A stretch of DNA of 64,000 bases from Actinomycetota bacterium (GTDB taxonomy: Bacteria; Actinomycetota; UBA4738). Positions 1 to 10,607 of the stretch are shown here, one piece after another. The translations under genes and the position numbers were made by a program. Within the stretch, counting starts at the first letter, position 1; every line of letters begins with the position of its first letter. Location: positions 993-64,992 of the forward strand of contig DAIUAM010000016.1 of assembly GCA_036847185.1 (NCBI GenBank), in the 5' to 3' direction. Under the pieces are notes generated by a model. The model had not been told where the DNA came from. It ran no database searches and saw only the letters and a program-made list of their open reading frames with translations.

Positions 1-2726
1 CGCTCGACCGCCACCTCCGGGACCTGGTCGCCGAGGGCGCCCGGGCGCGGTACGGCGAGGTCTCCGAGGAGATCGGCCGGCGGATCGAGGACGAGCTGAC
101 GGTGATCACGTCCATGGGGTTCGCCGGCTACTTCCTCATCGTGTGGGACCTGATCCGCTTCGCGCGCGAGCGTGGGATCCGGGTTGGGCCGGGGCGCGGC
201 TCGGCTGCTGGCAGCGTGGTCAGCTACAGCCTGAAGATCACCGACCTGGACCCGCTCCGGTACGGGCTGATCTTCGAACGGTTCCTGAACCCCGAGCGCA
301 AGCAGATGCCCGACATCGATATGGACTTCGACGAACGGCGCCGGGACGAGGTCATCCGCTACGTGGCCGACAAGTACGGGGCGGACCACGTCGCCCAGAT
401 CATCACGTTCCAGACCATCAAGGGGAAGCAGGGTATCCGGGACGCCTCGCGCGTCCTGGGGTTCCCGGCGATGTTCGGCGACCGCCTGGCGAAGATGTAC
501 CCGCTCGCGGTCCTGGGCCGCGAGTTCTCGATCGAGGACGCGTTGAAGGGATCGCAGGAGCTCCGGGACGCCTACGATCGGGAGCCCGAGGCGCACGAGG
601 TGATCGAAACGGCCCGGGCCCTGGAGGGCCTGCGGCGAGAGGACAGCGTCCACGCGGCCGGGGTGGTGATCGCTGACGCTCCGCTCGTGAACTACCTGCC
701 GCTCAAGCTCGCCAAGGACTCCCGCGACGACTCCCGGCGGATCGTGACCCAGTTCGACATGCACGGCGTCGAATCCCTGGGCCTGCTGAAGATGGACTTC
801 CTCGGCCTGCGCAACCTGAGCGTGATCGACGACACGGTGGGGTTGTTGCGCCAGAAGGGGACCCCGCTCGACATCGACCACGTCCCGCTGGACGACGAAC
901 CGACCTACGAGATGCTCCGCCGCGGCGACACCGACGGGGTGTTCCAGCTGGAGAGCCCCGGGATGCGCCAGCTGATCCGGAGCCTGGCCCCCGACCGGTT
1001 CGAGGACCTCATGGCCCTGAATGCCCTGTACCGTCCGGGTCCCCTGAGCGCCGGGATGCACATCGAGTACGCCGAACGCAAGCACGGCCGGCGGCCGGTC
1101 GAGTACCCCCACGACGACCTGACCGACATCCTGAAGGACACCTACGGAATCATCGTGTACCAGGAGCAGGTCATGCAGATCGCGGTGCGCATGGCCGGCT
1201 ACTCGATGGGCCGGGCCGACCTGCTGCGCAAGGCCATGGGCAAGAAGATCCGCGAGCTGCTCCTGCCGCACCGCGAGCAGTTCGTGAACGGGTGCGTCGA
1301 ACGCGGCTACACGAAGAAGCTGGCCGAGGGGGTGTTCGACCTGATCGTGCCGTTCGCCGATTACGGGTTCAACGCCTCGCACGCCTGCGCCTACGCCTAC
1401 GTTGGGTACCAGACGGCCTACCTGAAGGCACACCATCCGGTCGAGTACATGTCTGCCGTGCTGACCAGCGTGAAGGACGACAAGGACAAGAAGCCCTTCT
1501 ACCTGAACGCCGCGCGGCTGATGGGCATCCAGGTGCTCCCGCCGGACGTGAATCAGTCTCAGCAGTACTTCACCCCCTCGAACGGCGACATCCGGTACGG
1601 GCTGGCCGCCGTGCGCAATGTGGGGGTGGGGGTGGTCGACGCGATCATCGCCGCCCGGACGGAAGCGGGCCCGTTCGCGTCGTTCACGGACTTCTGCCGG
1701 AAGGTGGAGTCCGGGGCGCTGCACAAGAAGTGCCTCGAGTCGCTGATCCTCGCCGGGGCGTTCGACTCGCTGGGGTATGCGCGGCAAGCACTGCTGGAGG
1801 GCTACCAGAAGGTGGTCGACCCGATCCTGGCCGACCGGCGGGCCGAAGCGAGCGGACAGGAGTCGTTCTTCGGCGGCCAGGTCGCCCCGGCCCTGTCGAT
1901 CGACGAGAGCGTCCTGGCCGGGGAGGAGTTCGAGAAGCGCGAGCTGCTCCGGAACGAGAAGGAGATGCTCGGGCAGTTCGTGACCGACCATCCGCTCCTG
2001 GGGATCCGGGTGCAGCTCGAACGCCAGACCGACATGCCGATCTCCGAGCTGGGCGCGCTGGGAGACGGCGACGTGGTCGCGGTGGCCGGGATCGTGGGAG
2101 CGGTTGCCCGCAAGTACACGAAGCGCGGCGAACCGTTCGCCCTGTTCCGGCTGGAGGACCTGACCGGCGGGATCGGGATCGTGGCCTTCCCCCGCATCTT
2201 CGACAAGGCGTCGGTACTGGTGGTGTCGGATCAGGTCGTGCTGGTGAAGGGCCGGGCCGACCTCCGGGGTCGCGAGCTCCAGCTGGTGGCCCTGGAGATC
2301 TCCGAACCCGATCTCTCGGGGCCCGGCGGCGAGAACGGGGGTGGCGGCGGCGGGTCCGCGCTCCCCGCGCGGCCGGCCGGCCCCGTCGACCCGCTGATCG
2401 TGGACATCCCGGCGGCGAGCTGTACCCGCGGCCTGCTGAACCAGCTGAGGTCGATGTTCCGCGCCTACCCGGGCGACCTGCCGGTCCTGGTCAACCTGGT
2501 GCACGATTACGAGAGCACCCGCCTCCGCCTGGGGCCGGACTGCTGCGTGGATGGCTCGCCGGCGCTGCTGTTCGAACTGGGACGGTTGCTCGGGCCGGGA
2601 GCCGTGCAGGTGGTGGTGGCCTCCGGGCCGGCGCCACCCACCGTCCCGGCCGGTGGGGGGCCCGGGTCGAACGGTGCCCGCCGGCCGGTGGCGGGCCCGG
2701 CCTCGCCGGTGGCGCGGCGAAGGTAG
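1..2726 (+). CDS. dnaE: DNA polymerase III alpha subunit, C-terminal ~900 aa (5' end lies upstream of the window)
   Basis: Reading frame is open from position 3 (LDRHLRDLVAEG...), so the gene starts before the window. The translation has DnaE polymerase core and OB-fold regions. The C-terminus has a Gly-run and a low-complexity tail. Confidence 0.9.
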   Translation, partial: LDRHLRDLVAEGARARYGEVSEEIGRRIEDELTVITSMGFAGYFLIVWDLIRFARERGIRVGPGRGSAAGSVVSYSLKITDLDPLRYGLIFERFLNPERKQMPDIDMDFDERRRDEVIRYVADKYGADHVAQIITFQTIKGKQGIRDASRVLGFPAMFGDRLAKMYPLAVLGREFSIEDALKGSQELRDAYDREPEAHEVIETARALEGLRREDSVHAAGVVIADAPLVNYLPLKLAKDSRDDSRRIVTQFDMHGVESLGLLKMDFLGLRNLSVIDDTVGLLRQKGTPLDIDHVPLDDEPTYEMLRRGDTDGVFQLESPGMRQLIRSLAPDRFEDLMALNALYRPGPLSAGMHIEYAERKHGRRPVEYPHDDLTDILKDTYGIIVYQEQVMQIAVRMAGYSMGRADLLRKAMGKKIRELLLPHREQFVNGCVERGYTKKLAEGVFDLIVPFADYGFNASHACAYAYVGYQTAYLKAHHPVEYMSAVLTSVKDDKDKKPFYLNAARLMGIQVLPPDVNQSQQYFTPSNGDIRYGLAAVRNVGVGVVDAIIAARTEAGPFASFTDFCRKVESGALHKKCLESLILAGAFDSLGYARQALLEGYQKVVDPILADRRAEASGQESFFGGQVAPALSIDESVLAGEEFEKRELLRNEKEMLGQFVTDHPLLGIRVQLERQTDMPISELGALGDGDVVAVAGIVGAVARKYTKRGEPFALFRLEDLTGGIGIVAFPRIFDKASVLVVSDQVVLVKGRADLRGRELQLVALEISEPDLSGPGGENGGGGGGSALPARPAGPVDPLIVDIPAASCTRGLLNQLRSMFRAYPGDLPVLVNLVHDYESTRLRLGPDCCVDGSPALLFELGRLLGPGAVQVVVASGPAPPTVPAGGGPGSNGARRPVAGPASPVARRR

Positions 2727-2779
2727 CGCCCGGGGAAGCGGCACCGCGGCCGCGCCTCCCGGATAGGCTCGGTTCCGAC

Positions 2780-3514
2780 GTGACCGCCGACCCGACCTTC
2801 GACGTCCTGCCAGCGCTGGACCTGGCCGGCGGGCGGTTGGCTCGGCTCGCGCGGGGCGCGGCGGACAGCCTGGCCCCGCGCGCCGGTGACCCTGTGCAGG
2901 CGGCGCGGGACCTCGCGGCGCAGGGCGCGAAGTGGGTCCACGTGGTCGACCTCGACGCGGCGCTCTCCGGCGAGGCCGGGAACCTGGACGTCCTGGCTCG
3001 GATCGCGACGCTCCCGGTCCGGGTGGAGGCGGGAGGAGGGTTCTCCCCCGCCGGGGTGCGCGGCGCGTTGCAGCGGGGGGCGTCCCGGGCCGTCCTCGGC
3101 GCTTCGTCCCTGGCCGAGCCCGACGAGGTGGCGTCCGCGGTGGCGGAGTTCGGTCCCTCCCTGGCGGTCGGGCTTGACGTGCGTGACGAACGCGTCGCTC
3201 CCCGTGGCCGGCCCCCGACCGGCGTCCCGGTGGCGGATGCGCTGGCCCTGCTGGCCGAGGTCCGGCCGGCGCTGGTTGTGTACACGAACGTGGAGCGTGA
3301 CGGCACGCTGGGTGGACCGGACCTGGAGGGGCTCCGGCGCGTCGTGGAGGAGACCGGTGTGCCGGTCCTGGCGTCGGGGGGGATCGCGTCGTTGGCGGAC
3401 CTCGAGGCTGTGGCGCGGCTGGCGCCCAGCGTGCGGGGGGCGATCGTCGGGCGGGCGATCCAGGACGGCACGTTCACGCTCCGGGAAGCGCTCGCGGCCG
3501 TCGGCGGTGCATGA
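2780..3514 (+). CDS. hisA: HisA/PriA-family (beta/alpha)8 phosphoribosyl isomerase (ProFAR isomerase, possibly bifunctional HisA/TrpF)
   Basis: GTG start. '[12 protein letters not shown]...VVDLDAA...GGGF...VLASGGI' matches the HisA/PriA fold. It sits directly upstream of the trp genes. Confidence 0.8.
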   Translation: MTADPTFDVLPALDLAGGRLARLARGAADSLAPRAGDPVQAARDLAAQGAKWVHVVDLDAALSGEAGNLDVLARIATLPVRVEAGGGFSPAGVRGALQRGASRAVLGASSLAEPDEVASAVAEFGPSLAVGLDVRDERVAPRGRPPTGVPVADALALLAEVRPALVVYTNVERDGTLGGPDLEGLRRVVEETGVPVLASGGIASLADLEAVARLAPSVRGAIVGRAIQDGTFTLREALAAVGGA

Positions 3515-4260
3515 TGGAGCCGGCTCGGGAGATGGGGGCGAAGGACATGGGGGTCGAAGCAACCCCGCCGGTCGCACCGGAGGAGGCCCGAGTTCCGGCG
3601 ACCCGCGACGCGGATGCGCTGGTCTCGGCGCTGATCGCGGTGGTGGGCGCCGGCCTGGTCGTGGCCGGTTCGCTGCTGCGGTGGATCTCCCTGCACAACC
3701 AGGCACTCCCGCTGGCCGGCCGGAGCCCGCTCGACATCACGGCCGCCGGGACGGCGCTCACGGAAGGGCGCGTCGCCGCGGGTGCTGGGGCGGCAGGGCT
3801 GGTGGCGGCGGTGGTGATGTTCGCGTCCCTCCGGCCGGCGGTTCGCCGGATCCTCGGCGGGGTGGCCCTGGCCGCCGGGCTGGTGGGGGCGGGGTTCGCG
3901 TTCGGGGCGATCGGCGGCCGCGACCATCTGACGACCGAGGCGATCCAGGGGGTGATCCGGCACCGCCTGGGGCACACGCTCCCCGCATCGGTCATCGAAC
4001 GGGTCCAGGCGGCCCTGGCCGGCCTCGGGGTGCGCGCGGTGTTCGGGCCCGGGGTGTACCTCGCGGCAGGGGGTGGCCTGATCGCGGCCATCGGCGGAGG
4101 CTCGGCTGTGGCCACCCGTTCGGCCCGTCCCGCGGGAGCGGTCGTCACCGACCCTCTGGTAGAGGGACCCTCGGTCGCGACCGAACCCGACCCGGGACCA
4201 GAGTCAGGTTCGGGGGCAGCGCCGGGGCCGCCTTCCGGCCTCCCTCACGACCAGCCCTGA
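3511..4260 (+). CDS. Trp-region conserved membrane protein (actinobacterial trp operon-associated, TIGR02234-like)
   Basis: ATGA start/stop overlap with hisA. Several hydrophobic helices rich in Gly/Ala. Positioned between the isomerase and trpC, as in actinobacterial trp regions. Confidence 0.6.
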   Translation: MMEPAREMGAKDMGVEATPPVAPEEARVPATRDADALVSALIAVVGAGLVVAGSLLRWISLHNQALPLAGRSPLDITAAGTALTEGRVAAGAGAAGLVAAVVMFASLRPAVRRILGGVALAAGLVGAGFAFGAIGGRDHLTTEAIQGVIRHRLGHTLPASVIERVQAALAGLGVRAVFGPGVYLAAGGGLIAAIGGGSAVATRSARPAGAVVTDPLVEGPSVATEPDPGPESGSGAAPGPPSGLPHDQP

Positions 4261-4437
4261 CCGAACGGGCCGCCCGGTACGCGAACCTTACGCGCGTCTT
4301 ACGTCTCCCTGCGGTCGCCCTCACACCCGGTCGCCGACACTGTCGGTCCCTCGACGGGAACCGCGCTCACGGTCCTCCTGCCGGCGACGCAGGCCGCCTC
4401 GCTATAGTTTCGGGATGCGTCCCTCGAGCGCTCCCCG

Positions 4438-5231
4438 GTGTCGATGGGCTTCCTGACCGACATCGTCGAACGCGTCCGGCGAGACCTCGAACGGGACCCT
4501 CCCGACGAGGGCCACCTGTCGCTCCGGGTCCGTTCGATGCCGCCGGCCCGGGACTTCGCGGCGGCTCTCTCCGGGCCGGGGGTCTCGATCGTGGCCGAGG
4601 TGAAGCGGGCCTCGCCATCCGCGGGGGACATCGCCGCCGACGCCGATCCCGGCGAGCAGGCCGCGCGATACGAAGCCGGCGGGGCCGCCGCCATCTCCGT
4701 CCTGACCGAGCCGCGGCACTTCGGGGGATCGCTGCTGGACCTTCGCCTGGCCCGGCGGAAGACGACGTTGCCCATCCTGCGGAAGGACTTCGTGGTGCAT
4801 CCCGGGCAGGTGCTGGAGGCCCGGGCCGAAGGGGCCGACGCCGTCCTGCTGATCTCGGCGTCCCTGACGCTTGGGGAGCTCCGGGACCTCCGGGACGTGG
4901 CCGAGTCGCTCGGGATGGCCGCCCTGGTGGAGGCGCACGGCGAGGAGGACCTGGACCGGGCGCTCGCCTCGGGCGCCCGGCTGGTCGGGGTGAACGCGAG
5001 GGATCTGGAGACGCTGGACGTGGACCTGGACCGGGCGGTGCGGCTGGCGTCGGCGGTGCCCGCCGATCGCTTGCTGGTCCTGGAGAGCGGGATGTCCACC
5101 AGGGCCGACGTGGCTCGCGCCGAGGAGGTGGGTGCCCGGGCCGTGCTGATCGGCGAAGCGTTGATGCGCTCGACCGATCCGGCCCGGACGATCCGCAAGC
5201 TCCGGGGCGTCCTGGCCCCGGTCGGCGAGCC

Positions 5232-5235
<4 letters not shown>
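4438..5235 (+). CDS. trpC: indole-3-glycerol phosphate synthase
   Basis: [20 protein letters not shown] and GVNARDL motifs. Confidence 0.92.
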
Positions 5236-6448
<1,213 letters not shown>

Positions 6449-6449
<1 letters not shown>

Positions 6450-7234
6450 TGCCGGACACGCGGCTGGGTGAGGGGCTGGGGGCGCGCCTGCGGGGTCTTC
6501 GCGACGCCGGGCGGAAGGCGTTCGTCCCGTACGTGACCGCGGGATTGCCCGGCGTCGACGAGGCGCTCCTCCGGGGCCTGGCCGGCGCCGGGGCCGACGC
6601 GGTCGAGGTCGGTATCCCGTTCTCCGACCCGGTGATGGACGGCCCGGTCATCCAGGAGGCGTCGAAGCGCGCCCTGGAGGCCGGTACGACGCCCGCCGCT
6701 GCGTTCGACCTCATCCGCCGGGCTGCTCTCGACGTCCCCGTGGCGGTCATGACGTACCTCAACCCCGTGCTGGCCATGGGCATGGAGGCCTTCGCGGGGG
6801 CGGCCTCCGCGGCCGGGGTTGCGGGCGCCATCCTGCCGGACCTCCCCGTCGACGAAGCCGCCGGCTGGATGGCGTGCGCGAAGGCAGCCGGGCTCGCTCC
6901 GGTGCTCCTGGCAGCCCCGAACTCCACGCCGGAACGGCTGACGGCCATCGCCGCCGCCGGGGGGGGCTTCGTCTACTGCGTGGCCACGTTCGGTGTGACC
7001 GGTGCCCGGGAGGAGCTGGCGGCATCGGCCCGCCGGGTGGTGGCCGCCCTTCGCCCCCTCACGGAGACGCCGCTGCTGGTCGGGGTCGGCATCTCCACGC
7101 CCGAGCAGGCCCGGGCGGCCTGCGGGTTCGCCGACGGGGTGGTGGTGGGCACCGCGCTGGTCGAGCCGCTCCTGCGCGGCGCCCCGGCCGAAGTCATCGA
7201 CCGCGCCCGCCGGTTCCGCGAGGCCACCGGCTGA
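6449..7234 (+). CDS. trpA: tryptophan synthase alpha subunit
   Basis: ATGA overlap with trpB. 'VPYVTAG.P', 'VEVGIPFSDP' and 'YCV...GVTG' motifs. Confidence 0.93.
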
Positions 7235-7253
7235 ACGGCCCGAGCTCGCCCGG

Positions 7254-8369
7254 TCAGGGCCAGAACCGCTCCTGCGCCGCCAGCACCCACGACACGAACC
7301 GCCACGCCCCCCACCCGTCGGCCAGCTCGCCCGACACCGGCGTTCCCGTTCCCGGCGGGTTCACGTGCTCGAACCACCGCAGCAGGATCAGGCGGGCCCC
7401 CGGCACCGAGTCCCGAAACCGGAGGGCCTCGGTGGGCGGCGTGGCCGGATCGCTCTCGGACTGCATGACGAACAACGGGGCGCGGAGCATCCGAAGGTGG
7501 GTGGCGGGGGAGAAGAGCCGGAGCGTGGCCAGGAACGACGGCGGGGTTCGCGCGGCCAGCGGGTACGTTCGGCGCGGATCGCGGTTCTCCAGCAGGTCGA
7601 ACACGGACCGCATGTCCGGCGGGAGCGCGGCAGGGTCGCCCGGCGACAATGCCGAGGACAGCGCGGCTCGCTCGCCCGCCGGGGCCAGGCCGACCGCTGC
7701 GCGGTTCATGGTCGATCGGGCCTCCGGCACGGTCCTCCACGGCACCAGGCGACCGCGGTACGTCGTCGCGCCGGTGGTGATCCCCTGGACCACCCCGAGC
7801 AGATCGTCGAAGGAGCCGAACACCGCGACGAACGCGACCATGTGCGATGCGGCCGGGTCCTCCGCCGCCAGCAGGCAGAACGACCCGCCGTAGGAGAACC
7901 CCACCACACCGACCTTCGCGCCGCCTTCCATCCGGGACAGAGCCCGGATCGACCGCACCAACCGGACCTCGTCCGACCATTGGAACGTCTGGTGCCGGAG
8001 CTCGAGCTGGGGAGCGAACACCTGTCGGCGCGCTCCGGCGAGCGCGCGGGCCACCCGCACCAGCCGGGGATCCTCCGCGCCCTGGGGGGTCGCGCCGGAG
8101 ACCAGCAGCAGCGGCGGGGCGGGCCCCGGCGAATACAGGTCCCCTCGCACGTCCGGTGCCAGCAGCACCCCCCGGCGGACCGCGACCCGTTGGGCGAATG
8201 GACGCGGGAACGGGATGCCGACGGACCGGGCCAGCACGGCGGCCGCCTTCGCCCGCGCCCGGAGGGGCGGCACGGCGATGCACAGGACCACCACCGCGAG
8301 GAGCAGGGCCAGCACGGCCCGGCCGGCCCGCCGGAGCCGAGGACGCCTCGCGGTCAGGGTTCCCGGCAC
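7254..8369 (-). CDS. membrane-anchored alpha/beta-hydrolase (esterase/dienelactone-hydrolase-like)
   Basis: N-terminal TM helix and a GFSYGG nucleophile elbow (G-x-S-x-G). Its start overlaps the end of the upstream rsbW-like gene. Confidence 0.6.
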   Translation of the reverse strand: MPGTLTARRPRLRRAGRAVLALLLAVVVLCIAVPPLRARAKAAAVLARSVGIPFPRPFAQRVAVRRGVLLAPDVRGDLYSPGPAPPLLLVSGATPQGAEDPRLVRVARALAGARRQVFAPQLELRHQTFQWSDEVRLVRSIRALSRMEGGAKVGVVGFSYGGSFCLLAAEDPAASHMVAFVAVFGSFDDLLGVVQGITTGATTYRGRLVPWRTVPEARSTMNRAAVGLAPAGERAALSSALSPGDPAALPPDMRSVFDLLENRDPRRTYPLAARTPPSFLATLRLFSPATHLRMLRAPLFVMQSESDPATPPTEALRFRDSVPGARLILLRWFEHVNPPGTGTPVSGELADGWGAWRFVSWVLAAQERFWP

Positions 8370-8776
8370 TTGACGAGGCGGACCACCGTGCCGGGCTTGC
8401 GGGCCGTGCCCTCCCGGATCGTCACCTCGTCGACCAGCGCCATCATCAGCGGGATCCCGTGGCCGCCGCCGTCCAGCTGCGGCATCGGCGCCTCCCGCCG
8501 GAACACGCCTTCGTCCTGGATGTCGACTTCGACGCAGCCTTCCAGCTCGCTCCAGGTCACCCGGATCTGGCGGCTCGCGGTGTGCAGCATCGAGTTCGCG
8601 GCCGCCTCCGTCACCGCGACGAGCAGGTCGCTGACGATGTCCGGGCGAAGCTCGGTGGTCCTGGCGCAGTCTCGGACGAACCGGCGGATGTGGTACAGGA
8701 CGGAAGGATGGGACCGGAAGGCCTGGACCACGGGCGTGGGCCGCTCAGGCGGTCTCGAGCGACTGGTCGTCGTCAA
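8354..8776 (-). CDS. anti-sigma regulatory factor (RsbW-like HATPase_c Ser kinase)
   Basis: ~140 aa with a GHKL-type fold pattern (E..NS..H N-box-like; 'GHGIPLM' G-box-like). Overlaps the upstream STAS gene by 32 nt. Confidence 0.65.
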   Translation of the reverse strand: MTTTSRSRPPERPTPVVQAFRSHPSVLYHIRRFVRDCARTTELRPDIVSDLLVAVTEAAANSMLHTASRQIRVTWSELEGCVEVDIQDEGVFRREAPMPQLDGGGHGIPLMMALVDEVTIREGTARKPGTVVRLVKCREP

Positions 8777-9077
8777 GGATCATCTCGACGTTGGCGAGCT
8801 GGCCCAGCCGGACCCGCTCCAACGTGTGGGCTACGACGGCTCCAGGGCGGAGCAGCCGGAGGTTCCCCGATCCCTCCAGCCGGCGGGCCGTTCGGATGAT
8901 GACCTGAATGCCGCTCGAATCCATGAACGTCAACCCGGTCAGGTCGAGGGTCAGGTCGCCGCCCTGTTCGACCTCCGGCTCCAACGCGTCGGTCAAGATG
9001 TCGGCGTTGGAGACGTCGATCTCGCCGATCAGCCGGAACCCGCGAGGAGACTCGGTCCTGGCTACCTGTAGCAGCAT
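8745..9077 (-). CDS. STAS-domain anti-sigma-factor antagonist (RsbV/SpoIIAA-like)
   Basis: ~110 aa with 'LDLTGLTFMDSSGIQVII', a typical STAS phospho-Ser region. Start chosen at the internal Met (MLLQVAR) of a longer ORF. Confidence 0.65.
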   Translation of the reverse strand: MLLQVARTESPRGFRLIGEIDVSNADILTDALEPEVEQGGDLTLDLTGLTFMDSSGIQVIIRTARRLEGSGNLRLLRPGAVVAHTLERVRLGQLANVEMILDDDQSLETA

Positions 9078-9324
9078 GGCGTGTTCACCGTCCCGGGGGC
9101 GACTGAAACGTACCGTAGGTCCGTCCCCGCCCGCCTGGCAAACTGGCCGCCCGGAGGGGGTTCCAGCGCCCTCGATCCCGCCGCACGGACGTATGCGTAC
9201 AACCGTTCGAGGCGTCGGGGGCGAGCGGGGGGCGCCCGCCATGGCAGAATGGCCGCTGGCCTTTGCCCCTCGATTGTGATACATCGACGCGGACACGACT
9301 GCGGGGGATCGAAAGGAGGAACGC

Positions 9325-10527
9325 TTGCGGAGCAAGACAACGGTGCTGCGCGTCGTCACCCTGGTGGCGCTGGTCGCCATCGTCGGGGCTGCGTGCAGCA
9401 AGAGCCCATCGGCAAGTTCCAAGAAGACCGTGAAGATCGCCGAGTTCGGCGCCTTCACGGGTCCGGTCGCACAGCTGGTGATCCCTGGCTACCAGGGGGC
9501 CAAGCTGGCCTTCGACCAGGCGAACGCCGGGAAGTTCGGAGCGCTTCCGGTCACGATCCAGTTCACACAGGAGGACACGACGGGTAGCGGTACGGTCATC
9601 CCGCCCATCGCGAAGAAGGTCAGCCAGGACCCGTCGTTCATCGGGGTGGTCGGCCCGAACTTCTCCGGGGAGTCACTGGCCGGAGGGCCGATCTTCAACT
9701 CGGCGGGCATCCCGTTCGTCACCGCCTCGGCGACGAAGACGGCGATCAACCAGAACCACTGGGCGTTCTGGTTCCGGGCGAACGGCAACGACGATGAGCA
9801 GGGGCCGGCCGGCGGGGATTACATCGCCAAGATCCTGAAGCCGAACTGCGCCTTCGTCACCAGCGACGACTCCCCGTACGGGACGGCGCTGGCGGGCACC
9901 GTGCAGACCACGATCACCAACGACGGCGGGACGGTCCAGGCTCAGATCAACGCCGTGCAGACCAGCAACGGCAGCGTTCACCCCACCGACTTCTCGGCCC
10001 TTGTCACCAAGATCCAGACGTCGGGCTGCAAGGCCGTCTACTACGGCGGGTACGACGCTGAGGCCGGGCTCCTCCGGACCCAGATGACGTCGGCCGGCCT
10101 CACCGACGTCACACTGGTCGGCGGCGACGGGATCGAAGACACCACGTATGCCACCGAGGCGAAGGCCTCCGGCGAGGCGACGGTTGCCACGTGCCCGTGC
10201 GGCGACATCACCAAGTCGACCAGCCCGGACGCCCAGGCGTTCGTCAAGGACTACACGGCCAAGTGGGGCGTGGCGCCGGGCATCTACTCGGGCGAGTACT
10301 ACGACGTGGCCCGGCTGTACATCAACGCCATCAAGGCCGGCAACATCACGCGCACCGCGATCAAGAACTACCTGGTGAAGGTGAACTACGTCGGGCTTAC
10401 CAAGACGTATTCGTTCCAGGACAACCATGAGCTCGTTCCGAGCGACGTGAAGATCTTCTACTGGAAGGACGTGAACCAGACGTTCACGTACCTCGGCGAG
10501 TCCTCGCAGGTCCTGGCCGCGGGCTAG
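9325..10527 (+). CDS. branched-chain amino acid ABC transporter substrate-binding lipoprotein (LivJ/LivK family)
   Basis: TTG start with a strong SD (GAAAGGAGGA). Signal peptide with a lipobox (IVGAAC). Type-1 PBP of the Leu/Ile/Val-binding family. Confidence 0.85.
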   Translation: MRSKTTVLRVVTLVALVAIVGAACSKSPSASSKKTVKIAEFGAFTGPVAQLVIPGYQGAKLAFDQANAGKFGALPVTIQFTQEDTTGSGTVIPPIAKKVSQDPSFIGVVGPNFSGESLAGGPIFNSAGIPFVTASATKTAINQNHWAFWFRANGNDDEQGPAGGDYIAKILKPNCAFVTSDDSPYGTALAGTVQTTITNDGGTVQAQINAVQTSNGSVHPTDFSALVTKIQTSGCKAVYYGGYDAEAGLLRTQMTSAGLTDVTLVGGDGIEDTTYATEAKASGEATVATCPCGDITKSTSPDAQAFVKDYTAKWGVAPGIYSGEYYDVARLYINAIKAGNITRTAIKNYLVKVNYVGLTKTYSFQDNHELVPSDVKIFYWKDVNQTFTYLGESSQVLAAG

Positions 10528-10607
10528 ACCATCGGGTGTCGCGGGAGGGGCGGGCCGAGAACGATCGGCCTGCCCCTCCCGGCGACGTGCATCGGCGTGA
10601 GGGGTCC

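Noticed and set aside
2320-2345. Run of GGN codons (ggtggcggcggcggg) in dnaE looked like a simple-sequence repeat.
   Set aside because: It is in-frame coding sequence for a Gly-run inside DnaE, not a repeat element or CRISPR-like array. No CRISPR arrays were seen anywhere in the window.
9078-9324. GCCAT-N6-ATGGC short inverted repeat and other GC-rich pseudo-palindromes in the rsbV/liv divergent spacer.
   Set aside because: Short, imperfect beyond 5 bp, and of a kind expected by chance in 70% GC DNA. Not reported as a regulatory site.
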